Part shown: positions 1-9,862 of the stretch, piece after piece
How the letters are laid out: the number at the start of each line of letters is the position of its first letter
Position numbering within the stretch: position 1 is the stretch's first letter
Source: Zoogloea sp.
GTDB taxonomy: Bacteria > Pseudomonadota > Gammaproteobacteria > Burkholderiales > Rhodocyclaceae
NCBI RefSeq assembly: GCF_023150065.1
Contig: NZ_JAKLLN010000003.1
Coordinates: 50,142-114,141 of the forward strand
Direction: 5' to 3'
DNA length: 64,000 bases
Made by a program: the position numbers and the translations under genes
The notes under the pieces: model-generated
Told to the model about the DNA's origin: nothing
Databases searched by the model: none
What the model saw: the letters and a program-made list of their open reading frames with translations, nothing else

Positions 1-100
1 GCATCGCCGCCAGCATGACGAGCAAGCAGAGTTGCCGGACGAGGATGCGTTACCTGCAGGTGCTTGACGACTCTGTGTCCGGGGCTGCTGTCGACATTCA

Positions 101-1327
101 TCAACCGCGCATGAGTTTCTCTTGGCAGTTGTGGATCGATGCTTTCATCCGCTGCACCGTCGTTCGGCGGATCGGATACGCTGCCGCACGTTGAGAGAAG
201 GTCGCCGCCTGCGCTGCCATCCGATCAATGGTGGCCTCGGCCGCCTTCGTCGCCACACCCCCCTCCGAGGCCAGGCGCAGCAGATGGCTGCGTTTCACTG
301 CATTGCCTTCGCCGCAGACGTCCATGTGGTGATGGCCCATGGGGCCTTCGCTGAAGGTCAAGTCGAAGGCTGGGGCCAGCCGCCAGCGCCGGTCCTGTCC
401 GAGGCGCCAGGCGAAGTTCTTCGGATGGTCGTCGCGGTTGTGGAACAGCACGTTGAAGACGGCCCGGGCGTAGGCCTTCTCCACCTCGCGCTCGTCGCGG
501 GTCAGCAGGCGTGTGGCCCGCAGGAGGGCGGTGTAGTCCGCGCTGCCGGGCAGGCGGAAGTCCACCTGCAGCAGGCCCGCCAGGCTGTGGATCGGAACGC
601 GCAAGCCCTGTTCGCGATCGAAACGCGCCACGCCGAAGGCGGCCAGCTTGGACGACAGATCGAACCATGCGCTGGCTGGCACCTCCAGTCCGCAATCGCG
701 GGCCAGTTCGGCATACATCTGCTCGATGGCGCAGACCTCCTTGTGCTCGCCCTGGGCGGGGAACTTCACCAGCCACGGGGAGCCTGGTGCGTCGCCGCGC
801 GTGCTGACGTGGCCCGACCTTGTGTCGTACTGCACCAGCGCCTTGGGCCGTGCGCCTTGCGGGGAGCCTCCCGTCAGCGCCAGTTCGCGCAAGGCGGCTC
901 CTGCCTCACCGGCCAGGGCGCGCTCGCTTTCTTTGGCCAAGGCCAACAGGTTCCAGTCTGGCTCCTCGGCATCAGGCTCTGCAGCCGGCACGAAGCGCAG
1001 GGCGCCCATGGCGCGATCCCCGATGAAGGCCAGGCGATCCAGTGGCCCGGGATGGCGCAAACCCTGCTGACGGAACAACCGGTCCATCAGCAGCAGGCCC
1101 CAGCCATCGGGCAGGCTGTCGGCGATCAGGCCTGGCAGGCGGAGCAGGTGCGGTGGAAAGCCGCCATAAGCGGCGGCACGCAGCTTGAGGTGCAGCGGCG
1201 ACAGTTCCAGCCCTTGCGCCAGCGCCTCGGGCGCGTATTCGAACAGCAGCGTGGTGCCATCGTCGGCGAGCAAGCCCAGTGGCCAGTCCTCGCCCCAGCC
1301 GCAGTAGTGGACGGCAAGGCGCTTCAT
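101..1327 (-). CDS. hipA: HipA-family Ser/Thr kinase toxin
   Basis: GGSPQGARPK loop, WLVKFP, catalytic HNRDDHPKNF, LAPAFDL; ATGA overlap with upstream HTH gene. Confidence 0.9.
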   Translation of the reverse strand: MKRLAVHYCGWGEDWPLGLLADDGTTLLFEYAPEALAQGLELSPLHLKLRAAAYGGFPPHLLRLPGLIADSLPDGWGLLLMDRLFRQQGLRHPGPLDRLAFIGDRAMGALRFVPAAEPDAEEPDWNLLALAKESERALAGEAGAALRELALTGGSPQGARPKALVQYDTRSGHVSTRGDAPGSPWLVKFPAQGEHKEVCAIEQMYAELARDCGLEVPASAWFDLSSKLAAFGVARFDREQGLRVPIHSLAGLLQVDFRLPGSADYTALLRATRLLTRDEREVEKAYARAVFNVLFHNRDDHPKNFAWRLGQDRRWRLAPAFDLTFSEGPMGHHHMDVCGEGNAVKRSHLLRLASEGGVATKAAEATIDRMAAQAATFSQRAAAYPIRRTTVQRMKASIHNCQEKLMRG

Positions 1328-1635
1328 GTGCTGCTCCGGCGGCGGGCTCGCTGCCGTTGGGTAGCCGCTTCGGCTTTTTCCATCTGAGCGATGGACTGGC
1401 GCTTGAGCACGAACAGATCCTCCAGCTCATTGACCAGCCCGAGCGCCTGCACCGCGCGAACCAGGGTTTCCAGCGAAGACTGGCCGCTGCTTTCCAGCTT
1501 GCGCAGTGCGCCCAACGAGAGGCCAGCCATCTGCGCCAGCTCGCGCTGGGGCAACCCCTGGGCCAACCGCTGCGCACGCACGCGTTGGCCCAGTATCTGG
1601 AGGATTTCGCTAGACGGCGCTAGATTTAATGACAT
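1324..1635 (-). CDS. XRE/HipB-like HTH antitoxin
   Basis: LGQRVRAQRLAQGLPQRELAQMAGLSLGALRKLE Cro/C1 HTH; 103 aa; coupled to hipA. Confidence 0.88.
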   Translation of the reverse strand: MSLNLAPSSEILQILGQRVRAQRLAQGLPQRELAQMAGLSLGALRKLESSGQSSLETLVRAVQALGLVNELEDLFVLKRQSIAQMEKAEAATQRQRARRRSST

Positions 1636-1683
1636 TATTTTGTCTCTTATCTCAAAAAATCATTTTTAAGAGTCATTATAATG
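1627..1683 (-). promoter_or_regulatory. AT-rich hipBA promoter/operator with inverted repeats
   Basis: CTCTTA(1644-1649)/TAAGAG(1667-1672), AAAAAT-C-ATTTTT (1655-1667), palindrome CATTATAATG (1674-1683) containing TATAAT on both strands. Confidence 0.55.
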
Positions 1684-1760
1684 GTCTTTATATGGTTCTA
1701 CCGCAAGCGGCATATTGCACAGTGATTGCCCACAGGGCAGCGGGCTGAAGCAGCCGCACC

Positions 1761-3125
1761 TCATGGGGAGTGCGTGTCATCTGCGCTCGAGCGGCGACTG
1801 CTTTGCTCGTAGCCCATGCCCAGTTCCTGGGCCTGCTTCGCCAGTGCCGCCATGGCGTCTTCGCTGGCTTGCGTGCTCGCCGCACCGCCGTTGCGCGCTT
1901 CTTCTATCGCAGCCAGCCACTTCGCCCATTTTTCCAGCGCCACCTTGCGCTCCTCGAAATAGTCGTACTGGTTGTAGACGCCCTCGATGTCGCGCACCTT
2001 GTGGTTCAGCGCCCGCTCGGCGACGAAGCGGTCCACGCCCAGCGCGGCCATGTGGGTGCGGGCCGTGCGGCGCATGTCATGCACGGTGAAGTGCTCGATG
2101 TCGTCCAGCGGTAGGCGGCGCAGCGCGACGTTCAGCGTGTCCGGGCTGATGTGGCCGAAGCGGTTCCGCCTCGGCACGCCGCCTTTCATGTGGATCAGCC
2201 GGCGCGCCGGGAACAGGTATTCGCTGTTGCAGGAGAACACCTGGACCTCCTCCAGCCACCGCAGGACCGGCGCCGCGAGCGGGATGTCGATGGACTGGTT
2301 CATCTTCGTGCGCGACGGGTGCAGCGACCAGACGCCACGCTTCAGGTCGAACTCGGTCCACCGAGCCGACAGCAACTCCATCTTGCGCACGCACAGGGCG
2401 AGCAGCAGCCACACGGCCAATTCGTTCTGGCGACCGAAGTTCGGTGTGTCCTGCATGGCCTTGGCGAACGCGGCGAGCTCATCGCGGTTCAGCCAGCGCT
2501 GTCTTGAGACCTCGAAGCCGCCTGCGTCTGAAATCTCGAAGCCGGAGGCCGGGTTGGTGTCGATCCACCGGCGCTTCACGGCGAAGTGGAACATGCGGAA
2601 GAGGTGACGCAGCGCATCGTTGGCGACGGTTGGCGCGCCTGCATCGAGGATGCGGGTGAGCACCTTGTCGATGTGCAGTGGCCGTACCTCCGTCACGCCC
2701 AGCTTGCCGATCACCGGCTCGATGTGGCGGCGGATGACGCGCAGCACGACCTCGGGGTGCTTGTAGGTCTTTGCAATGTGGCGGTCGTACCAGGCTTGCG
2801 CGAGGGCGGCCACGGTGACCTGTTCGTGGACCTTGAGTCGTTCTGCCCGTTTCTCGGCGGCCACGTCCACGCCTTGCTGGATGCGCGCTCGGTTCTGGCG
2901 CGCCGCTTCGCGGGCGTCCTTGAGCGACAGATCCGGATAGCGGCCGAGCACCTTCTCTCGGGCAACGCCAACAAAGCGGTAGCGCAGGATCCAGGAGGCT
3001 TGGCCTTTCAGCGCACCGGCGGCGGTGGCAACGAAGTTGAGGCCACCGCCGATGCCGCGGTGCACGGCTCCGGCATTGAGCCAGGCTCGCAGCGTCTTGT
3101 CGGTGACGCGTTCAGTCTCAGTCAT
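1761..3125 (-). CDS. Tyrosine recombinase/integrase, P4-like with N-terminal arm-binding domain
   Basis: WILRYRF..REKVLGRYPDLSLKDARE arm domain; catalytic R (VRKMEL), HDMRR, LNH, YN; ATG 3125 preferred to ORF-track start. Confidence 0.93.
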   Translation of the reverse strand: MTETERVTDKTLRAWLNAGAVHRGIGGGLNFVATAAGALKGQASWILRYRFVGVAREKVLGRYPDLSLKDAREAARQNRARIQQGVDVAAEKRAERLKVHEQVTVAALAQAWYDRHIAKTYKHPEVVLRVIRRHIEPVIGKLGVTEVRPLHIDKVLTRILDAGAPTVANDALRHLFRMFHFAVKRRWIDTNPASGFEISDAGGFEVSRQRWLNRDELAAFAKAMQDTPNFGRQNELAVWLLLALCVRKMELLSARWTEFDLKRGVWSLHPSRTKMNQSIDIPLAAPVLRWLEEVQVFSCNSEYLFPARRLIHMKGGVPRRNRFGHISPDTLNVALRRLPLDDIEHFTVHDMRRTARTHMAALGVDRFVAERALNHKVRDIEGVYNQYDYFEERKVALEKWAKWLAAIEEARNGGAASTQASEDAMAALAKQAQELGMGYEQSSRRSSADDTHSP

Positions 3126-3157
3126 GGCGCGATCTCCACAGCGATTCACGAGGAACC

Positions 3158-3237
3158 TGTGTGGTAAATGTTCGGGCGCTGCTCCCGAGATCGCGGAGGA
3201 CTGGATTTCCCACACGATTTACCACACAGAAATCGTG
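3158..3237. repeat. Putative integrase arm-type binding sites at the att junction
   Basis: TGTGTGGTAAAT (3158-3169) inverted to ATTTACCACACA (3217-3228); tandem near-copy ATTTCCCACACG (3205-3216); CACGATTT/AAATCGTG inverted pair (3213-3237). Confidence 0.7.
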
Positions 3238-3335
3238 CGCTACGCTGAAACCGCTTGCTACCTCATGACATCAATCGCCACGCTAACCAACTGATTTTCA
3301 AGGAGTTTTCGGGTGGCATGTGCCGTCCTGAAACC

Positions 3336-4205
3336 TCACTCTATGTTCTGCACCTGCTCGCGCATCTGCTCGATGGCCAGCTTGAGTTCGACGGCGATGG
3401 CGGTCATGTCGGCAGCCATGGCCTTGGAGCCCAGGGTGTTGGCTTCGCGATTGAGCTCCTGCATCAGGAAATCCAGGCGCTTGCCGGCCGAACCGCCGAC
3501 TTTCAGGATGCGCTCCACCTCATCGAGGTGGGTGGACAGGCGCGACAGCTCCTCGGCCACGTCAACACGCTGGGCAAACAGCCCGACTTCGAGGCGGATG
3601 CGATCGTCGTCGAGGGTGGCTGCGGCGTCCCGCAAGCGGGTGGCGAGCTTTTCCTGATATTCAGCGACCAGCGCCGGAACCCGGGGCTGCACGGTGGCAA
3701 CCAGCTGGCGCATGTGGGCGATGCGGCCGCGGATCATCTCGGCCAGCTTGTCACCTTCACGCCGCCGGGTGGCGATCAGCTCGTCCAGGGCCACGGCGAT
3801 GGTTGCCGCGATTTCCGGCTGCATGGCCTCGAAGGTCACGCTGTCGTCGGCCAGGATGCCGGGCCAGCGCAGCACCTCGACAACCGACAGGGGCGCCGCC
3901 TGGGGCAGCTCGGCCTGGATGGCGGCCTGGGCAGCCTTCAGTTGCCCCAGCACCATGCCGTTGATGGAAATATCGCGCGCTGCGTTATCCTTGGCCTGCA
4001 GGTTGAAACGGCACTCCACCTTGCCCCGCCGCAACTTGGCGGTAATCGCCTCGCGCAACATGGGTTCAGCCTGGCGCAGGTCATCATTGATCCGGAAGGC
4101 AAGATCGAGATAGCGGGAATTGACGCTCCGCAGTTCGAGATGCAATGCCACGCGGCCCAGGTCGCGAGTCTGGACGGCGTAGCCCGTCATGCTGTGAATC
4201 ATCAT
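3336..4205 (-). CDS. yicC: YicC/YloC family endoribonuclease
   Basis: IHSMTGY N-terminus, RSVNSRYLD, GKRLDFLMQELNREANTLGSK, EQMREQVQNIE. Confidence 0.95.
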   Translation of the reverse strand: MMIHSMTGYAVQTRDLGRVALHLELRSVNSRYLDLAFRINDDLRQAEPMLREAITAKLRRGKVECRFNLQAKDNAARDISINGMVLGQLKAAQAAIQAELPQAAPLSVVEVLRWPGILADDSVTFEAMQPEIAATIAVALDELIATRRREGDKLAEMIRGRIAHMRQLVATVQPRVPALVAEYQEKLATRLRDAAATLDDDRIRLEVGLFAQRVDVAEELSRLSTHLDEVERILKVGGSAGKRLDFLMQELNREANTLGSKAMAADMTAIAVELKLAIEQMREQVQNIE

Positions 4206-4288
4206 TTTTTCCCGAGATAGAGCGGCAATCCGCGGCTACACTAGCGAGCCAGATTGCCACCAAAAGACGAAGTGTAGCGCCCCGCCTG

Positions 4289-5239
4289 ATGGCCACTCAA
4301 CAGAACTGCGCCCTCCCGTCCGGATTTCAGCTCGACCACTACCGGGTCGAGCGGCAGCTGTCGCTGGGTGGCTTTTCCATCGTGTATCTGGCCTACGACC
4401 AGGACGGCACCCCCGTCGCCATCAAGGAATACCTGCCCAACTCCCTGGCCCTGCGGGCCGAAGGCGAGGTCACGCCCCACGTCACGGAAGCCCACCAGGG
4501 CGCCTTCCGCTACGGCATGAAGTGCTTTTTCGAAGAGGGCCGGGCGCTGGCCAAGCTGGTGCACCCCAACGTGGTGCGGGTGCTCAACTTCTTTCGGGCC
4601 AACGGCACGGTGTACATGGTGATGCAGTTCGAGCGAGGTCGAACGCTCCACGACTACGCCTACAAGAACAAGAACAACGTCCGCGAACGCTTCATCCGCG
4701 GCGTCTTCACACGCATGCTCAACGGCCTGCGCGAGGTGCACGCCCACAAACTGCTGCACCTGGACATCAAGCCCTCCAACATCTACCTGCGAGCCGACGG
4801 CACCCCGGTGCTGCTCGACTTTGGCGCGGCCCGGCAAACCCTGATGTCGGACACCCCTATCCTGAAACCCATGTACACGCCTGGCTTCGCCTCACCGGAA
4901 CAGTTCAACAACCGGGACGCCCTCGGCCCGTGGAGCGACATCTACAGTGTGGGAGCCAGCATGTACGCCTGCCTGGCCGGCAACTCCCCCCAGCGCTCCG
5001 ACGAACGCATCAATCACGACAACGTCGTCCCGGCCACCGAACAATGGGCCGGCAAGTATTCCCATCATTTTCTGGCCACCATCGACTGGTGCCTGCAACT
5101 TGACCCCCTGAAGCGCCCTCAAAGCTGCTTCGCCCTGCAAAAGGTACTCGCCCAACGCCACCGCGAGGCGCCGCCCGCGCAGAAGACCTGGCTCGAAGGA
5201 CTGGGCTCCCGACTCAAAACAATGATAGGCCGTACATGA
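4289..5239 (+). CDS. Hanks-type Ser/Thr protein kinase
   Basis: LGGFSIVY, VAIKEY, HLDIKPSNI, DFG, YTPGFASPE; ATG 4289. Confidence 0.92.
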   Translation: MATQQNCALPSGFQLDHYRVERQLSLGGFSIVYLAYDQDGTPVAIKEYLPNSLALRAEGEVTPHVTEAHQGAFRYGMKCFFEEGRALAKLVHPNVVRVLNFFRANGTVYMVMQFERGRTLHDYAYKNKNNVRERFIRGVFTRMLNGLREVHAHKLLHLDIKPSNIYLRADGTPVLLDFGAARQTLMSDTPILKPMYTPGFASPEQFNNRDALGPWSDIYSVGASMYACLAGNSPQRSDERINHDNVVPATEQWAGKYSHHFLATIDWCLQLDPLKRPQSCFALQKVLAQRHREAPPAQKTWLEGLGSRLKTMIGRT

Positions 5240-6144
5240 GATTCACCATTTTCCAGGAAAGCCGGGTCGGCAAGCGGCGCACCAACCAGGACCGTGTCGC
5301 CTATTCCTACACCCGCGATGCCTTGCTGCTGGTTCTGGCGGACGGCATGGGTGGCCATCTCTACGGCGAGGTCGCCGCGCAGATCTCGGTGCAGTTCATC
5401 GCCCAATCCTTCCAGCAGGAGGCCCGCCCCAAGGTCACCGACCCGATCCTGTTCCTGTCGCGGGTGCTCAGTAACGCCCACCACGCCATCCTCGACTACG
5501 CCTTCGACAAGCACCTCGCCGACATTCCCCGCACCACCATCGTCGCCTGCCTGGTGCAGGACGGCGTCGCCCACTGGGCCCACGCCGGCGACTCACGTCT
5601 CTACCTGATCCGCAAAGGCAAGCTGGCCACCCAGACCCGTGACCACTCGCGGGTCCAGCTGATGCTCGACCAGGGCCTCCTCGACGCCGAAAGCGCCGCC
5701 GTGCATCCCGGCCGCAACCGCATCTTCAGCTGTCTGGGGGGCAGCCACCCGCCCCAGATCGAATTCTCCCGCGGCACGCCCCTCATCAACGGTGACGTCA
5801 TCGCCATCTGCTCGGACGGCGTGTGGGGTCCCCTCGACGCCGACACCCTGGTCCAGACCCTCGCCGACGGCCGCGTGATGGACGGCGTACCCCAGCTCAT
5901 GAACGAAGCCGAAGCCCTCGGCGGCGCCCAGTGCGACAACATGTCCCTGATCGCCATGACCTGGCACGACGACCACCAGGAAGACACCCCCGACACCGTC
6001 TCCACCCGCACCATGCCCGCCGACGCCTTCACCACCCAGATGGAAGGCTTTGGGCGCAACAAGCGCGATCAGGAAGATCTCAGCGAAGACGAGATCGAAC
6101 GCGCCATCCGTGAAATCAACGCAGCCATCCACAAGTTCAAATGA
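5236..6144 (+). CDS. PP2C-family Ser/Thr phosphatase
   Basis: [25 protein letters not shown]; ATGA overlaps at both ends. Confidence 0.92.
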   Translation: MRFTIFQESRVGKRRTNQDRVAYSYTRDALLLVLADGMGGHLYGEVAAQISVQFIAQSFQQEARPKVTDPILFLSRVLSNAHHAILDYAFDKHLADIPRTTIVACLVQDGVAHWAHAGDSRLYLIRKGKLATQTRDHSRVQLMLDQGLLDAESAAVHPGRNRIFSCLGGSHPPQIEFSRGTPLINGDVIAICSDGVWGPLDADTLVQTLADGRVMDGVPQLMNEAEALGGAQCDNMSLIAMTWHDDHQEDTPDTVSTRTMPADAFTTQMEGFGRNKRDQEDLSEDEIERAIREINAAIHKFK

Positions 6145-6881
6145 CCGACACCCCCTTCGCCCGCCCCAGTGGCCGCACGCCTGCCCAGCTCCGCCCTGTC
6201 CGCATCACCCGCGGTTTCACCCGCCACGCCGAAGGTTCCGTGCTCATCGAGTTCGGTGACACCCGGGTGCTGTGCACCGCCAGCGTCGAGGAGAGCGTGC
6301 CTCCCTTCCTGCGCGGCAAGGGCCAGGGCTGGCTGACCGCCGAGTACGGCATGCTGCCCCGCTCCACCCACACCCGCAGCGCCCGCGAGGCCGCCAAGGG
6401 CAAGCAGTCCGGCCGTACCCAGGAGATCCAGCGCCTGATCGGCCGCAGCCTGCGCGCCGTGGTGGACATGGCCGCCCTGGGCGAGCGCCAGATCACCATC
6501 GACTGCGATGTGCTGCAAGCCGACGGCGGCACCCGCACCGCCTCCATCACCGGCGCCTGCATTGCCGTTCATGAGGCTCTCGACGGCCTGGTCAAGGCCG
6601 GCAAGCTGCCCGCCAATCCGATGCGCGACTTTGTTGCGGCAATCTCGGTGGGCATCTACAAGGGCGTCCCCGTCCTTGATCTGGACTACCCGGAAGACTC
6701 CGACTGCGAGACCGACATGAACGTGGTGATGACCGGTGCGGGAGGCTTTGTCGAGGTTCAGGGCACCGCCGAAGGCGCCCCCTTCTCCCGCACCGAGCTG
6801 AACAGCCTGCTGGAACTGGCTGGTGCCGGCATTGCCGAACTCGTCGTGGAACAGAAGAAGGCTCTCGGCATTCCTGCCTGA
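6141..6881 (+). CDS. rph: Ribonuclease PH
   Basis: [46 protein letters not shown]. Confidence 0.97.
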   Translation: MTDTPFARPSGRTPAQLRPVRITRGFTRHAEGSVLIEFGDTRVLCTASVEESVPPFLRGKGQGWLTAEYGMLPRSTHTRSAREAAKGKQSGRTQEIQRLIGRSLRAVVDMAALGERQITIDCDVLQADGGTRTASITGACIAVHEALDGLVKAGKLPANPMRDFVAAISVGIYKGVPVLDLDYPEDSDCETDMNVVMTGAGGFVEVQGTAEGAPFSRTELNSLLELAGAGIAELVVEQKKALGIPA

Positions 6882-6904
6882 GCGCCACGAAAGCGAGGCT
6901 CCCC

Positions 6905-7498
6905 ATGAAACAGCTTGTCCTGGCCAGCGGCAACGCCGGCAAACTCAAGGAACTCTCCGCCCTGCTCGCGCCCCTGGGCATCGAAGTGCTGCCCCAGTCG
7001 GCCTTTAACGTCAGCGAGGCAGAAGAACCGCATCCGAGCTTTGTCGAGAACGCCATTGCCAAGGCACGCCACGCGGCCCGCTGCACCGGCCTGCCGGCGC
7101 TGGCCGACGATTCCGGTCTGTGTGTCGAAGCCCTCGGCGGCGCGCCGGGCGTGATTTCGGCGCGCTTTGCCGGCGAACCCAAATCGGACCAGCGCAACAA
7201 CGCCCTGCTGCTCGAAAAGCTCGCCGGCCAGGCAGACCGCCGGGCCCGCTTCTACTGTGCACTGGCCCTCCTTCGCCATGCCGACGACCCGCAGCCGCTG
7301 ATCGCCTGCGGCGAATGGCACGGGGAGATCCTCGACGCCCCCCGCGGCACGGCCGGCTTTGGTTACGACCCGCTCTTCCTCGTCAGCGAGCTCGAGCAGA
7401 CCGCCGCCGAAATCCCCTCCGAGCTCAAGAACGTGCTGTCCCACCGGGGCAACGCCTTCCGTCAGTTGCTCGACAAGCTGCGCGCCGAACCCGTATGA
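6905..7498 (+). CDS. rdgB: dITP/XTP pyrophosphatase
   Basis: ASGNAGKLKE, LADDSGL, APGVISARF, FGYDPLF, SHRG. Confidence 0.96.
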   Translation: MKQLVLASGNAGKLKELSALLAPLGIEVLPQSAFNVSEAEEPHPSFVENAIAKARHAARCTGLPALADDSGLCVEALGGAPGVISARFAGEPKSDQRNNALLLEKLAGQADRRARFYCALALLRHADDPQPLIACGEWHGEILDAPRGTAGFGYDPLFLVSELEQTAAEIPSELKNVLSHRGNAFRQLLDKLRAEPV

Positions 7499-7538
7499 AC
7501 CCTGGCGCCAACACAGGCGCCACCAAGCCCCCACCCCG

Positions 7539-8762
7539 ATGTCCGAACCCCGCATCATCCCGATCGCCCCCCGGGCCAGCCTGCCCCCATCCGCGGCAGG
7601 CCAGTGGGAATCCCGGCTGACCGCCTCGCCGCCCCTGTCCCTTTACGTCCACTTTCCCTGGTGCGTGAAGAAGTGCCCCTACTGCGACTTCAACTCCCAC
7701 GGTGTGCGCGACGAGGGCATTCCCGAGGCAGCCTACATCGAAGCCCTGGTCGCCGACCTGGAAGGGGCCCTGCCCCAGGTATGGGGCCGGCGCGTACACA
7801 GCATCTTCATCGGTGGCGGCACCCCCAGCCTGATGAGCCCGGACGGGCTGGATGTGCTGCTCACCGCGATACGCATGCGTCTGCCGCTCGATCCGATGGC
7901 CGAGATCACCCTTGAAGCCAATCCCGGCACGGTTGACGCCGGCCGCTTCCGGGCCTTCCGCGAGGCCGGCGTCAATCGGTTGTCGGTGGGCATCCAGAGC
8001 TTCAACGAAGGGCATCTCCAGGCCCTCGGGCGCATCCACGGCCGCGCCGACGCCATCGCCGCCGCCGAAGCCGCCCTGGCCCACTTCGAGGCCGTCAACC
8101 TCGACCTGATGTATGCGCTGCCCGGCCAGAGCCTGGCCGAGGCCGAGGCCGACCTGGACATGGCCATCGCCCTGGCGCCCCCTCACCTCTCCTGCTATCA
8201 CCTGACCCTGGAGCCGAACACCGCCTTCGCCGCCAACCCGCCAGCCATCCCGGATCCGGACGCCTCTGCCGACATGCAGGATCAGGTGGAAGCACGCCTG
8301 GCCGAGGCGGGCTATGGTCACTACGAAACCTCGGCCTTCGCCCGCCCCAACCGGCAATGCCGGCACAACCTCAACTACTGGACTTTCGGCGACTACCTGG
8401 GGATAGGCGCTGGCGCCCACGGCAAGCTCTCGTCCCACGAAGGTATCGTGCGCGAAACCCGCCCCAAGCACCCGGCGGCCTACCTGGCCGCGCGGGAGAG
8501 CGGCGCCTTCGTCCAGGAAAGGCGCACCATCGGCAGCGCCGAATTGCCCTTCGAATTCATGATGAATGCCCTGCGCCTCAACCAGGGCTTCCCGCGCCAC
8601 CTGTTTGCCGAACGCACCGGCCTGCCCTTCGAAGCCGCCGAGGCCGGCCTGCTCAAGGCCACCCGCCAGGGATTGGTCGAGAGCGACGGTGAAATCCTCC
8701 GCCCCACCAGGCAGGGGCGCCATTTTCTGAACGAACTGCTGATGCTTTTTCTACCCGCCTGA
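7539..8762 (+). CDS. hemW: Radical SAM heme chaperone (HemN-like)
   Basis: LYVHFPWCVKKCPYCDFNSH, HNLNYW; follows rdgB. Confidence 0.93.
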   Translation: MSEPRIIPIAPRASLPPSAAGQWESRLTASPPLSLYVHFPWCVKKCPYCDFNSHGVRDEGIPEAAYIEALVADLEGALPQVWGRRVHSIFIGGGTPSLMSPDGLDVLLTAIRMRLPLDPMAEITLEANPGTVDAGRFRAFREAGVNRLSVGIQSFNEGHLQALGRIHGRADAIAAAEAALAHFEAVNLDLMYALPGQSLAEAEADLDMAIALAPPHLSCYHLTLEPNTAFAANPPAIPDPDASADMQDQVEARLAEAGYGHYETSAFARPNRQCRHNLNYWTFGDYLGIGAGAHGKLSSHEGIVRETRPKHPAAYLAARESGAFVQERRTIGSAELPFEFMMNALRLNQGFPRHLFAERTGLPFEAAEAGLLKATRQGLVESDGEILRPTRQGRHFLNELLMLFLPA

Positions 8763-8766
8763 ACGC

Positions 8767-9645
8767 TCAGCGCAGGGCAAACGCCGCCATCCCGGCACCC
8801 GCAGAGCGGCGGGACGCAAAGGCCCTGCGGCGCTCCCCGGCGAGCCCTCGCAACAGCAAGCGGTTGAACAGGCCAGGACGCAGATCCAGAAGCACGGCAC
8901 TGCGCAGCACGCCATTGGCAAACTGGCGCTTGAGCTCCCCATCCCCGGGGCGATAGTCCAGATAGCGGCAGACCTGCTCCGCAAAGAGGCGACGGATCAC
9001 CTGCAAGTGCAGGATGGTCGCAAGCGCATCACCCCGAAACGCCTCCGCCTCGCCGGCACCGCCATACAGGCAGATATCCCCGGCCACCTGAAGGCGCATC
9101 CAGGCGAGCGGCTGCTCCGCGGCAAACAGCACATAACCCCGGGCCTCGGCCGTGGGCCTGCGGCGCTCGGCGGCCCGGTCGGCAGGCCCCCGACGTGCCC
9201 CATCAATCTGCCCGACGAGGCGCTGGAACTCCGGAAGCGCATCAACCCCCCGATACTCGCGCAGCTCAAGGGCACCACCGCAGCGTTCGGCCAACCGGGC
9301 CTCGTCACGGGCAAACGACTCACGGCTCTTGATGGAATACCGGCTGGCCAGAAAATCCTCGTAGCTCCCGGCCAGCGACAGGTAGTGCCAGGTATCACGC
9401 ACCAGCACGCAGGTGATCCTGTCGTCGTAAACGGAGTATGTCCGCCACCCCGGGTCGGGAACATGACACAGCACGCGGCCTGCACTGCGCGCCGGCAAGG
9501 TCTGCAGCGGCGCGGGTTCCCGCCCCGTCAGCGCATCGACGAGCGAGAGGTCATGGACAGCGAGCGGCAGACGAACGGAAAACAGGCGTTTCCCGAGAAC
9601 ACAGAAAGGCAACGCGAGCAGGCGCTCGGATGAAAGGGAAGACAT
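8767..9645 (-). CDS. GNAT acetyltransferase, CelD/BcsL-like
   Basis: YLSLAGSYEDFLA..SIKSRESFARDEARL and LATILHLQVIRRLFAE..YLDY..GDGELKRQF pattern. Confidence 0.65.
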   Translation of the reverse strand: MSSLSSERLLALPFCVLGKRLFSVRLPLAVHDLSLVDALTGREPAPLQTLPARSAGRVLCHVPDPGWRTYSVYDDRITCVLVRDTWHYLSLAGSYEDFLASRYSIKSRESFARDEARLAERCGGALELREYRGVDALPEFQRLVGQIDGARRGPADRAAERRRPTAEARGYVLFAAEQPLAWMRLQVAGDICLYGGAGEAEAFRGDALATILHLQVIRRLFAEQVCRYLDYRPGDGELKRQFANGVLRSAVLLDLRPGLFNRLLLRGLAGERRRAFASRRSAGAGMAAFALR

Positions 9646-9862
9646 GATGGGCTTTCGATGAGGTAGGGCCGTCGAATCCAGAGGTGGCCAGGGCGATTCG
9701 AGCAAGTTTCAAGCCCAAATGAATATTCTACCCCGAATGGATAATACCGATTCTGTATGGCTGCACCGTGACAGCCTCCCATCGAAAAGCAGCCTCCGGT
9801 GCGGGTGCCCCATTGCCTCCCGGCTGCGGCATAATCCGGCCAGTCTTCGCCCCGCCCGCGCC

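Larger units (their letters stand above)
1..3335. mobile_element. yicC-proximal end of an integrative genomic island; probably continues beyond the left edge
   Basis: P4-like integrase directly downstream of and co-oriented with yicC; repeated 12-mers between the yicC stop and integrase start; TA cargo; the gene usually following yicC (gmk) is absent here. Confidence 0.8.

Noticed and set aside
1-97. Gene downstream of hipA
   Set aside because: Only a 15-codon ORF is visible; too little sequence at the edge.
101-6144. Functional link between island HipA and the chromosomal kinase/PP2C pair
   Set aside because: They lie on opposite sides of the att junction; proximity follows from the yicC insertion site.
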